Assembly: GCA_030264375.1 (NCBI GenBank)
Contig: JASCQW010000001.1
Location: forward strand, 112,833,132-112,897,131
Direction: 5' to 3'
DNA: 64,000 bases
Source of the DNA: Carcharhinus longimanus
Lineage: Eukaryota
A program made the translations under genes and the position numbers. The notes beneath the pieces were generated by a model. That model was not told where the DNA came from and did no database searches. It was given only the letters and a program-made list of their open reading frames with translations. This document shows, piece after piece, positions 50,330 to 62,130 of this stretch (the first letter of the stretch is position 1; every line of letters starts with the position of its first letter).

Positions 50330-51135
50330 ACTGGTCAAGGGTACAAAACAGGGGAAAAGAAATCAGTTGTTTGAAGCTTATTTGCTGAATGGGGCAGAAT
50401 TTTGAGTACATTAGTAATACTAAGTTCTTCAGCCTGGAGAGGAAAATTGCTTCAGAGAGCTGCGAATCTTTGGAATTGTCTGCACCATGACGGTGGGTGT
50501 TCCATTGTTGAAAACAGGAAATAAACAGACTTTTGGTTTCTCCAGGAATCAAAGGATTATGGAGGACGGATAGGGAAGTGAAGGTGAAGCCCTAGATAAG
50601 CCATGATAAGCCATAAGTAGTTGGAAAAATGCTTGAATCCGTCAAAGAAGAAATAGCGAGGCACCTAGAAAAGAATGTTTGATAGTGCAGACGCAGCACG
50701 GATTCGTTAAGGGGAAATTGTGTTTGATGAATTTATTGGATTCTATGAGGATGTGACTAGTGCGGTAGACAGAGGGGAACCAGTGGATGTGGTGTTTCTC
50801 GATTTTCAAAAGGCTTTTGATAAGGTGCCGCACAAAAGGCTTCAGAAGGCTAGGGGGCATGGAGTTGGGGGTCAGGTGTTAGCGGGGCTCGANNNNNNNN
50901 NNNNNNNNNNNNNNNNNNNNNNNNNNNNNNNNNNNNNNNNNNNNNNNNNNNNNNNNNNNNNNNNNNNNNNNNNNNNNNNNNNNNNNNNNNNNATCAGCCA
51001 TGATCTTATTGAATGGCGGGGCAGGCTCGAAGGCCTGCTCCTGCTCCTATTTCTTATGTTCTTATGATAGTATTGAATTGTTGAGCAGGCTCTGAGTGCC
51101 ATGTCAGCTACTCCTGCTCCTATTTCTTGTGTTGC
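50330..51135 (+). mobile_element. Young CR1 (50615-51066) nested in the 3' UTR of an older CR1
   Basis: QHGFVKGK..FYEDVTSAVDRGEPVDVVFLDFQKAFDKVPHKRL (RT), gap, then (TTCTTATG) tail; the older UTR resumes at 51067 (ATAGTATTGAATTG..GAGCAGGCTC..CTACTCCTGCTCCTATTTCTT). Confidence 0.85.
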
Positions 51136-53195
51136 CTTAAGACATTCTCTTAAGGAATTTCTCCCAACTGACCAATGTAGTGTCAGAAGATCAACAATAA
51201 GCACATTTAGCGTGCATCTGTGTTACAACTAATTTTTGGATGGAGTTGTTCCCCAATTTAGTGTCCCCCAAGGAAATTCTGAACACAAGTTTCTGTTCCA
51301 TCGGTCTAAATAAGAACATTTATAAGTGAGACTACAGTGGGAAACTGACCATGACACTTGTACATTATTTATACACAATATTACTCTGCCAGGTAATAAT
51401 GGACTACCATTCTCCATTTCTCTCAGTTTCCATTTGAAGATGAAAGGGTGAGGAAGCCTTCAAGGCATGTTTTCAGCACAGAAGCTGCATCAACTCAATG
51501 AAATTTATTATTCCATCTGGACTGTCCGAGTGATTCCTTAATAACCTCATCCTCCAGCAATGTGTGAAAACAGTCTTTGGTATTAAGTAAAATGGCCGTC
51601 CAAGCTTTACTACTCCTGCAGGGAAAAACTCCATATAAGACTCATACAGTACGCAGGCCCTTCAAAAGAATTCAGATAGTGAATTGTCCTTTCGCCAGAT
51701 CAGCAGTGATCCTTGTGTTCATATTCTTGATGAAATATACCAGACACAGACAGCATACCAAAAAGTGTGTGCAAGTGACATTTGACACTGAGAACACTGC
51801 CATCTGCTATTTATATTCCTAACCAAATATAGCAGCATTAGCAGATTTGAGAAACAATGAAGTAATTAAACTAACAATGAAATCAAGTGTGCTGAATTAT
51901 GCCATACTTTAGAAGCCAAATCAAAACATTGCAATATAAATTACAAGAGAAACACAGTGATGAGTTTGATAACGTGAAGGAGTCATTCAACAGCAAGTCA
52001 TATTGGAGGCAGGAAAGTAACAGGATAAGATTTGATGCCCATTTTGCACTATTATGGTCTGATCCCATTAGTTTCAAGCTGGGCCAGTTGGATTGACCTC
52101 ACTGTTATTTATTAAAAGCAAAATCAATAAGATTGACTTGTAAAGGTTTGAATTATACTTAAAATATTTTTATATCATTTCATAACATGCATAAGTGAAA
52201 CTACTTTTCTGACCTCTCTCACCTTTCCTTCCTCACTGTCTATTGCTGTCCATTACTAAATCATCACATTACCTATTCAGTGCTTCTTGTTGACCTGTTG
52301 TCTCCTACTGTCTTCAGCTTTGTAAAGTCCTTTACTACAGAGTTTGGTCCTTTCCATCTCTTCCTCAATTGAAAAAAAAGACGCAATTAAAAGCCCTAAT
52401 TACAGAAACCTCTCTAACAATGTAACTTCTTCAGACAGGCAAACAATATGGAATTGCCACTATGTACCCAATTACTTAAGTGAAATTTCTTCCATGCCAG
52501 CCACACCTGACTTTCTGACTTAGCCCAACAAGTGCTCGGCAGGACAGCTGTCAGAGCCAGCATGGAAATGCAGGAGAGGTGAATTGAAGGAGGACAACCC
52601 CACAGCACTAGCTGAGTAGAAGTGAATAGGATTAGTTGGGTGGAGGAGGGTCAGCCATCAGAGGGGTGAGTCATCAGGGCAAGGGTGAGAGGGATTGAGT
52701 GGGACCTGCAGGGGTTGGGGACGCATTGTCTCGGGTCTGTAGAAAGTTGGGGGAAATTCTGGGTAACTATTTGTGTAACAGCCAGAACCCATCTCGAGTT
52801 TGCCAATTAAAACACACTTTCAGATTGTCCGGCACTGGGAACTATTGCCCANNNNNNNNNNNNNNNNNNNNNNNNNNNNNNNNNNNNNNNNNNNNNNNNN
52901 NNNNNNNNNNNNNNNNNNNNNNNNNNNNNNNNNNNNNNNNNNNNNNNNNNNATTGCCCAAAGGAATTTAGTACTGCCAGATAATTGTTGTGCAAACCCTT
53001 ACCTCTGAACCTCCTAGAAGGATTTCCCAGCACATCTTTGGGGTATCCTTCCCCCCAATTCAACACCGGGGAACTCAGACGTTACAGCCCATCATTGTGC
53101 AAATACACAATGTACATTTCATTCATACAATTTTCTTCCATTGCATTAATTTTTCAATGCAATTTTTTCTATAGTGCTTTTTACACAACAGGAAT

Positions 53196-53420
53196 ATGGC
53201 CAGAAGCATCACTTCTCTGCTTGCTGACATACACTGGCTCCTTATTAAGCAGCATTGCCATTTAAACATTCTCAGCTTCATTTTCAAATCTATGTCACGT
53301 CCGCTTCCTGTCTCTTTAGCCTCCGCCAGCTCCACAACCCACCAAGATACCGGTGGTCCTTACATTCTGACCTCTTTATAATCCTGGATTTTAATACCTC
53401 TGCAAGATGCCTTGAGTTCC
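53196..53420 (+). mobile_element. L2-clade LINE C-terminal fragment
   Basis: SITSLLADIHWLLIKQHCHLNILSFIFKSM resembles the L2 consensus HITPVLADLHWLPVKQRIDFKIL..VFKSL. Confidence 0.75.
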
Positions 53421-54155
53421 CTCCAGCATTGTGAGAGGCAAAAGAAATGTGGTTCTATGAATGTGCCATTGGATTTAGAGAACTTGCTTCTATGAAATTA
53501 CATGGATATCCAGTGCTTGCATTAATACCTCTAATTTCACATTACACAGCAGCAATCAGCAACCAACTCTCGAGACAGCTGCCCACAGAAGACATATTCC
53601 CAAAACAGGATCCTACAACAAGCATAAAAGTTAAAGCACCTTAACATAATGTGGCAGATTGCACATGCTGTAACTTTATTTATTAAACAAAGGACCGTAT
53701 GCACAGTATCTACATTCCATCCCACACTCTCAGCATGCTCCCAAAGAGACTATGGCTGGACTTCCATTACCCACCAAAACCTGATTAACGAGTGACAGAC
53801 TCAACAGCAGTGGAGTCTTCTAATGGAATACAAATGAGTTTAAGACAGACAGTGAGTTACAATATCAGTAAGGGACGCATCTGTTATCTCAGTCAAACAA
53901 GCTGCTTCATTATTTACTTGAGGGGAAAATCCTAGCACAAAGCAAAGCAAATTGATTTTTTTTATTTCAATGAATTGCCTATCAATTTTGATTGGGACAC
54001 AAGACTAATATATGAAGTACATTTACACTAGAATTTCCAAAAAAAAGTGGCATTTTAAACCTGATTCTTCAAATTAAGGATGGTTCTGTTTTTGTGTTCC
54101 TTAGTGCACACAGTGGGTTGGGCCATGGGCATTAATACTATTTCTCCACATGGGA

Positions 54156-55530
54156 TAATTTGCATTTTATATAGCAGCTCTCATGACCACTGGACATTTC
54201 AAATCACTTTACAGCCAATGCTGTCATTTTGAAGCAACATCACTGTTGAAATGCTGCAGTTAATTGATACACAGCAAGCTCCCACAGACAACATGATAAC
54301 AACCAGATAATTTTTTTAATGATGTTGATTGCAGGATAAATATTAGCCAAATGTTGATTGAGGGATAAATATTAGCCAGGATACCAGAGATAACACCCCT
54401 GTTCTCCTTTGAAAAGGAATCCTTAATGCCCGTCTGGGAGAATGTTGGTTCACCGTGTCCTTTTTTCATTTGAAAGATGGCACTTCTGACAATGTGGCTC
54501 TCCCTCAGTATTGCACTGGAGTGTCTGCCTCCAACAGACCTTACTAGCCCCTAGCCACAGAACCCGTTCCATATGCTCCCCAAAGCAATTGCTGAAAATG
54601 CCAGCAAAGTGACCGAGGATTTCTTCCGGGGCCTGATGCTGAAATCACAGACTGTTTTTCTTCTGCGTTTGTTCAACAGTGAGTTTATCAGCATCAAACA
54701 TGGGGGGGGGGGGAGGGGAGAGGTGCGGGCGGAGAACTGGCAGAGACTGGAGGAATAGTGAACAGAAGCAACCGTGAGTATTTGAAGATAGAGAGAGAGA
54801 GATTCCTTGCAAATTCACCATGCTTTCCCTCAGCTGCTGGTGCTTTGGCCAGCAGCAGCCACCACCCCTCCCCACCCCACCGCCAGTGCTCTGGCCCGTT
54901 GTGTTCCCCTGCCTCGCCCCTGGTATTCCATGTCCCATCAGTTCTCCCTGGTTCCCCTCACATTTTCCTGGCTGTCAGCCCTTTGTGTTTGGGTACCACC
55001 AGGCCTCAGATCTCACTCCAGCTCTGATTCACCTACCCCACCCTGCATGCTAGTTTCATGAATAGTGGAGAGCGTGTGTGGATGGACAAGTGTATGTGCA
55101 CATACATGTGAGGGAGATGCATGTGTGCACACGTGTGAGAGGGTGAGTGCACATGCATGAAGGAGGGGGTGAGTTCATGCACATGTGCGTATGAAAGACT
55201 AGTGTAAGAGGGAGGACAAAGTACACATCTACCTCATTCACAGGGTTCTCACTCACCCTCACTGCCACATACCAACATACTCTCATCTTACCCATCATGA
55301 GAGTGTGAGTGAGCAAGCTGGGGAGACACACTCAGATAGTCGTCCTTATTCAGTACTCATTTTTCAATTATCAGTTTATCATTGCATTTTTTTTTCGGCA
55401 AAAGGTTGGACAAGCCTGGCCTAGACTGTTGTTCTCAAATCGTGACTCAAACTCACAATCCACTGACTCAAACTCACAATCCACTGACTCAGAAGTGGAA
55501 ATTTTGTCAATAAGGCCGTGGCTGACATGG
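54156..55530 (-). mobile_element. Deu-domain SINE (SacSINE1-like) split into 54156-54530 and 55419-55530
   Basis: Colinear with 45130-45572; breaks at GCACTGGAGTGTCTGCCT and resumes at GCCTAGAC..GACTCAAACTCACAATC..GCCGTGGCTGACA. Confidence 0.75.
54531..55418. mobile_element. Non-autonomous hAT/Charlie-like DNA element
   Basis: Right end AAAAGGTTGGACAAGCCTG (reverse complement CAGGCTTGTCCAACC, hAT-like TIR) followed by GCCTAGAC (Charlie-type nnCTAGAn target); left end retains CCAAC; internal degenerate (GT/AC) tract 55070-55190. Confidence 0.6.
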
Positions 55531-55591
55531 CAATCATAGCAATGCACAATCTGTAAAGGAAAAAAAATTGAAAGCAGCTAGGTTCTCAGGA

Positions 55592-55905
55592 ATAATATCA
55601 TCCCTACAGAGCAGGAGGAGGCCTTTTGGCCTATCAAATCTGCATTGGCTTTCCAACAGAGCATCTTACTCAGGCCCAGCCCTGACCTATCCCACTAAGC
55701 CCCATAACCTATATATCTTGGAGCACTCGGTCAATTTAGCATGGCCAATGCACCTAATCTGCACATCTTTGAACTGTGGGGGGAAACTGGAGCACCCAGA
55801 ACAAACCAACACAGACACTGGGAGAACATGCAAACTCCACACAGTCACCTGAGTCTGGAATGAAACCTGGGTCCCTGACAAGTGAGGCAGTAGTGCTAAG
55901 CACAT
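55592..55905 (-). mobile_element. HE1-type V-SINE
   Basis: CAATTTAGCATGGCCAATGCACCTAATCTGCACATCTTTG..GGAGAACATGCAAACTCCACACAG..GTGAGGCAGTAGTGCTAA. Confidence 0.9.
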
Positions 55906-56958
55906 TGACCCACATCTATGCTGCTCAGCAATGAGATACAGCAGACTATTTGGCTATGAATGGTGAGCAATGCAAGACATCCCAAAGGGGGATATTTTGA
56001 TTATATGTTTTATATTTCTTACTAAAGTCTTTATCTAGGCTTGCAGCCAGGATTTTAAAAATAGACATTAATTAACAATCCCTTTGGGGAAGGTATTGTT
56101 TCTGTACTGTGAAAGGCCAGGGAGTCTGGTTTGAAACCCGAGAAGTCATTTAAACAATAACAAATAATATGATGTATCTTTGGAAAGATAATTTGATTTG
56201 TTTTTGCCACTGATGATGTTACTTATATTTGAAGAAAAATGAGTTTGGACATGCTATCCTAAGTTAAGCTTTGGCTCATAGGAAGTACAGGCTTGTCATG
56301 GAAGCTGATTTACACAAAGGGAATGAATAAAGAGAGCTGGACAGTGGCCCGAATAATAACAACAGTCTGTCAATGGAAATGACCGATTAGAAATAAACGT
56401 GCTGTTTTTTCATTCAGCTTTCATTAACTAATCTCACTGCTGCATTTTGTCTAATGAGAAATAGGGCACAGGACTGGACCATAATGTTTAAGAGTAGTTG
56501 AAGAAAACTACTTCTGTTAGAGAAAATCAGATAGATCGAGAAGCAGTTGTTAATACTATTCTAAGAATTTAAAGACTGTAGGAGGAAGGAGATAGTGCTG
56601 TTTCAAATTTCATTTTTGAGGGCATGAGAAAGATGAGGTACAGCAAGTGTATGCAATGTGTTTTGATTTTAAACACAGAGTGGTTGTGTTTAGGGGGATA
56701 AGTGAAGAAAGGGGGAATTTAAACATTATCAAGCTGACTTGATCAATTTTGCTGACTGTTTTGCACCCTGACCATGTTCACTGCCGCTGAAGAAACTCTT
56801 CCCCATCCAGCGGTGACAGTAGGGATGTTTCAGAGAAATAATTACCACATTTATACCAATACAATAAAGAGTTTTCTTCTTTTCAATGTACTGCTGGCAT
56901 ACATATCAATTTCTGCCAAAAAATATTAATGGTCCACTGAGCTTTGAAGCCAAAGTTG

Positions 56959-57720
56959 TGGGCTGAATTTTTCCAGCCCCTATGGAGGCATTGTTGGAGG
57001 TGGGCAAGGATACATGATTGACTTGCGTTGAATCAGCTCCACAAATATTTCAATCTACATATACTTGTCCCAGGTACAAGGGCAAGATTTTTCAGATGGC
57101 AATGTTTCCAATGTTGTTGGAAACAATGTTCCCAATCACATCAACTGAAGAGCTGTAAGGCTGAAGAATTAATTCAATGCTCCAAGAAGCATTAATTGGC
57201 TGGAGGCAGAACTCCCACCCGTCACTTGGGCGGAAGTTCTGTCTCAGAGAGCTGCCAACCTATCTAATTGGCTAATGGGTTTTTTTTGTCCTTGCAGTGC
57301 TTGTATTAGTGGTGGCCAGGACTGGGACTACAAGCAGTCTCTAGATTCGAATTCCCGGCAGAATTTGCTAGCCCTCCCGACACTACCCCACCATGAGTTT
57401 TCCCATGGCAGAGGTGCCTCATCATTTGTTGCCAAGTGGGATCTGCTGCTCCCATGGAAGTAAATGGCAACCTGCATGGCTCACCTGTCCCACTGCCAGA
57501 GGAACTTGAGGGGCATTATGTCTCGTGGAGGAAAGGTTGGAGAATCCTGTCCAGAGGAAACACTTCTGCAGAATCTTGGGGGCTCTATGGCTTAGGCAAA
57601 ATGGCACTGAGCACCTAGACAAGGACGTCCTGCTCCAATTTCACTGGTAGGGGAATAGGGCAGGATGTGATTCATGTGGATGAATTCTGAATTGAGCGCC
57701 AAGTTCAAACAGATCCCATT
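56959..57720. mobile_element. Cluster of degenerate TIR-element fragments
   Basis: Termini GGGCTGAATTTTTCC (56960), GGGCAAGATTTTTC (57080) and GAGAATCCTGTCC (~57540-57552). Confidence 0.45.
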
Positions 57721-59211
57721 TCTGCTGGAGAGACCTTACCCTTCAGTGCGTGACTTACGAAACAGTGATCACACATGCTCCTCAGAGATAAGAGGTAAAT
57801 AATATGTGGAACTGTCAAGCTGTCCAGTTATGAAAATGGGCAGACCTTTGAATTTTGGAAGAACAGACTGCCTGAGTTTGAGTTTAAAAAAAATGCTTGC
57901 AGTTTCAATTGCTTTCAATTCAATGGGCTTAACACTGAGCAACACAAGTGGGCCAAAGTCCAACAAACTGAGGAAGTTTTAACTAGCCCACCTTAGTACT
58001 TGGCAGCACCTGTGTCCACCTGCAAATGGTGTCATGGCNNNNNNNNNNNNNNNNNNNNNNNNNNNNNNNNNNNNNNNNNNNNNNNNNNNNNNNNNNNNNN
58101 NNNNNNNNNNNNNNNNNNNNNNNNNNNNNNNNNNNNNNGAAACTGTGTAGCATCCATGGCAGGAAGACCTAGATGGAGGAAGGTCCAAAGTAGAAAGGGA
58201 GCCCTTGAAGGTGGTGTTCCCCATGCCTGAACAGGGAAACCTGTGGGTTTCCCTACTGTCCCCAACATATTCTGCCAGCCTGAAAATTGGACTCGAAATT
58301 GCCCTCAAGTGGCCAACAATTTTCCCCTTATGGGCCTCACTTAGGACAGCCCATCCACCTTGCCCTAAATCTCATCTGCCAAGTAAAAATGCAGACAGGT
58401 CGGAGATAATTGGGAGGGCACTGAGAAAGCTGTCCAAGGAATTTTGGAGGTCCCTCCACCTGCAAACCTGCCAGCAGAAGACCATATAATTTCTATCCCA
58501 GGACTCAGTGGTGAGTGGCCAGTCACGGCAATGTAATGGGCAATTAGCCCCAACTGTGGAATTGTATTACAAATTTTCTGATGGCACATAGGTCCCACAA
58601 TGTGTAAGGAGCCTGCAAACTGAGCACAGGCAGCTTCACAGAGGGAGGCCTGAACCACAAACCTATATTGCTGGCAATAAATCAGTAGCCAGGTCTCCAA
58701 AAGTAACAGGCATGTCATTGTAATCCCTTCATGGAGTCTTAGGTCTCTACTACCAAATTATTTTGCTGCAATGGCAATTGGGGCAACCCTACTGAAGGCA
58801 CCACTAACATTCCTCACTCTGCATGGGCACGGATGACCCTCCCACATTGGAACCAACTGCTATCGTAATTGGATATTGCCTCTGGGAGTAGTTTCTTAAA
58901 TAGCCACTCCCAGGAAGATTGTATCCAAAATCCCACCACAGCCACTTCCAGGCTCCTGACACAGAATTGAGGGAGCTGTTGGAATTGCAATCCATCCAAG
59001 AAAATTCAGTCCACAGTACATTAGGCACATGGATTGACCAGTATAGGCCCTGCATCATTTAGGGTAAATGTTCACCTATAGCTCTGCCAGTGCAGATTTA
59101 ACACGCCAGGAATGTGAAGGAGAAAATGTATCTCTTGTCTTCATTTTCATTAAAATAGGAATGAGCCATTGCAAAGTTAAAGCTGTACGTGGTCAGCTTT
59201 GTTCAAATGAA

Positions 59212-59632
59212 GTTCAAAGTTTATTTAATGATGTCACAAGTAGGCTTATATTAACACAACAACAGAACTGTAAAAATCCTCTTGTTGCCACTCCCCGGTG
59301 TCTGTTTGGATACACTGAGGGAGGATCTAGCACGGCCAATGCAGCTAACCAGCATGCATTTCGGACTGTCGGAGGAAANNNNNNNNNNNNNNNNNNNNNN
59401 NNNNNNNNNNNNNNNNNNNNNNNNNNNNNNNNNNNNNNNNNNNNNNNNNNNNNNNNNNNNNNNNNNNNNNNNNNNNNNGCTAACCAGCATGCCTTTCGGA
59501 CTGTCGGAGGAAATCAGAGCACCTGGAGGAAACCCACACATACATGGGGACAACATGCAGACTCTGCACAGTGACCCAAGCCAGGAATCAAACCCGGGTC
59601 TCTGGTGCTGTGATGCAGCAGTGTTAACCATT
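59212..59632 (-). mobile_element. V-SINE with a non-CR1 3' tail
   Basis: V-domain GGAGGAAA.CAGAGCACCTGGAGGAAACCCAC..GGGACAACATGCAGACTC and tRNA-like head; tail AAAGTTTATTTAATGATGTCACAAGTAGGCTTA. Confidence 0.85.
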
Positions 59633-60767
59633 ATACTCTCAAGACATATTTCTGAAACAATTATTTGGATTAGCATGTCAAACCACTCCGGTTAGGAAAC
59701 ACATAACTTTAAAGTGATATTTCTAATCATTAGCACTTGGTATAATTGTTCAAACTCTTAACAGCAGAAATGATGAACAAATGGGGCTTTTTATAAAATG
59801 GTGCTATCTTGGATTGAGTCCACCATCGCATCACTGTTGATCATCAAAAAAGGATAACTGGAGTTCAGGTATTTCCCTTCATGTGGAGCAAGAACCAGTG
59901 AACTTCCGAAGCACTTCATAGCAGTGCATTGGTGAAGGCTTGAAAACAGCTTGCCCTCTCAGTGAAAACAAGAACTGTTGGATGAAGGACAGATTAAATT
60001 AAAGGGCTTCCATATGCTCTGATGAAGAAGCAAAATAGATAACTGTCATACTGAACAACACAGATCACAGTTCTAAATATGGATCAAGGAATTTAAAAAA
60101 CTTTTACAGTGATTGCAGATCGTAAAATGATTTTAAAAAGGACTGACAATTAAACGTCTGCCATCACATCAAATCGGATTTTCTTCAAAAATCTAATTCA
60201 GTACTGCATTTGTTGCCATGCTTAATCGCTAACTTCTGCATCAGCAGAGCTACATAAAACAACTGGTCACTGTGCTAAAATTGACATCAGCTGTAGATTA
60301 CTGGGTAAAATAATGTATTAAGCAAGTGATTATACTTGAAAGTAGCTTAATTTGCAGATGTTCCGATTGTAGCAGATCCAACTGAGACTGCAGCCAATGA
60401 TATTAGTCATGTTGCAACCACATACTGATTTGTATTTTATAAGATCTAACAATACACCCCCAGATCACAGGAGTTCAAAAGTGCACTTGAAATTTACCAC
60501 GAAGCTTGGCTTTTTTATTGAGCAAAGATTCTGTTGTATCGGTGTGACATTATGGTGGCAATTTTATACTAAATTTTTATCACATTACTGGGGGCACCTG
60601 GGTGTTATTCTATTGGTTTTGCCCCTCACAAATCCTATCCAATAGAAGCTATTTGCGGAGACTGATGAGGATTTTCATAGTTCTCAAGCTGTTTCTATGA
60701 CTTTTTCGGAATAGATCTCAAGCTCCATGGGTGATGAAGCTACAATGCAGAAATAATGGCTACTTAC

Positions 60768-60930
60768 CATTGAAAACCCCGAGCTATTCTAGCCAAGCTC
60801 ACTATCCTCAATGGAGTAAAGATAGAAAACAACACAATATTTTTCAGATAGCACAGTAGCCAACCAATCGTGTTCAGGCCCAGGATATTAGGATGTGGAC
60901 TACTGAGCATTTCTAAGCTGCTTCAAAAAC
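60768..60930 (-). other. Candidate 163-nt exon (non-coding or 5' UTR) of an unidentified minus-strand transcript
   Basis: Acceptor TCTTTTCATATCCTTTAG|G and donor ATG|GTAAGTA; all three frames contain stops. Confidence 0.3.
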
Positions 60931-61269
60931 CTAAAGGATATGAAAAGATATACAAATCATATATTATGGGCATCCAGCAAGGTACTGCATATTTTGCAGA
61001 TTCAAATACTTGAGTTTTTATTATGCATTGTGTTTACAAGTTTCAAGCTGCTAACTTAAGTCCTGATAAATGGTGTCATTTGAAGCCATGACTTATCCTT
61101 GCAGTGGAACAGATATTGTGTAAAAGAATACTTGTCATATTATCAGTGGACATGCCAGGATAGTACAGGGGAGCTACTGCAATGATCTACAAGTCTTGTT
61201 GAATGGATCTTGCCCAAATGCCTGAACATTCACTCCCAGAACGAATTAAGAGGTAGCTACAAAGGCTGC

Positions 61270-62130
61270 CAAGCACTAAGGTGGGCTAATTAAAAGGCCC
61301 AACTTGGTGATTTGGGACTTAATCCCAGTTACAATAAAAACAACAAAACAGAAAATAATCCTCTAGCCCTCAATCCTCACATCTCCTGACCCCAAACACA
61401 TTCCCCATGTCCCATCCATGCCACCTCATATCCCCCATCCAATTCCCTCATATCCTCTGTGCCAAACTAAATGCTCCTCTACCCACACCCATGACCCCCT
61501 CATATTGTCCATAACAAGATCCCACTCTGCCTCACAGCCCTTAATTGCCCATATGCCAACTCGTGCAAACCATGGCCCCCACACACCAACCTTTTCCCTT
61601 ACACTGTCCATTCCAACTCACTCAGTATCCACCATAGACAGACCTCAAAGGCCATGATAAGATGAAATAAAGTTCTAAAGGCCAGGACTTTCCTGTACTG
61701 CCAAGCAGAATGGTCATAGGTGGAATGGAAAGTTTGACGGTCCAGTGAAAGGTCAGTTGTCTTTAGGCCATCCAAAGTATTTATTGCAGACATCAATATA
61801 TTATAAAAACGTACTGAATGATATTTAAATCCCTTCAAGTACTTAGTCCCTCATATAAAACAAATATTCCCTTCAAGTACTTAATCCCATATGAAAATAC
61901 ACATTTGTCTTCAGAGTCCACATCAAAGACCATTTGAAGCTGGAAACCCAACTGTACACACTCTCACTATGATTATGATCACAGTCAAGCAGCACAACCT
62001 TACTATAATTACTTCAAATCAGGCCATTGAAATTGGTCAATTGGAATATGAACTCCCTGATTAAGGAGTCAATTGATGGGTCAATCAGGGAGTCTTTTCC
62101 GGTATCAGTTCCTCTGGGACTCCCAAAGGT
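61270..62130. mobile_element. Large degenerate non-autonomous element (same style as 20360-21590)
   Basis: CCCCATG/CCATGCC-rich block at 61380-61640 followed by an AT-rich block with a local tandem duplication and a palindrome. Confidence 0.4.

Noticed and set aside
55444-55489. Short direct repeats as a CRISPR-like array
   Set aside because: Two adjacent units with no spacers, inside a SINE in vertebrate DNA; similar slippage duplications occur at 29479-29510 and 45668-45698
59344-59513. 35-nt direct repeat flanking a gap (shorter cases at 33850/33955, 35231/35246, 52844/52952)
   Set aside because: Duplicated sequence on both sides of N runs is most simply explained as overlapping contig ends
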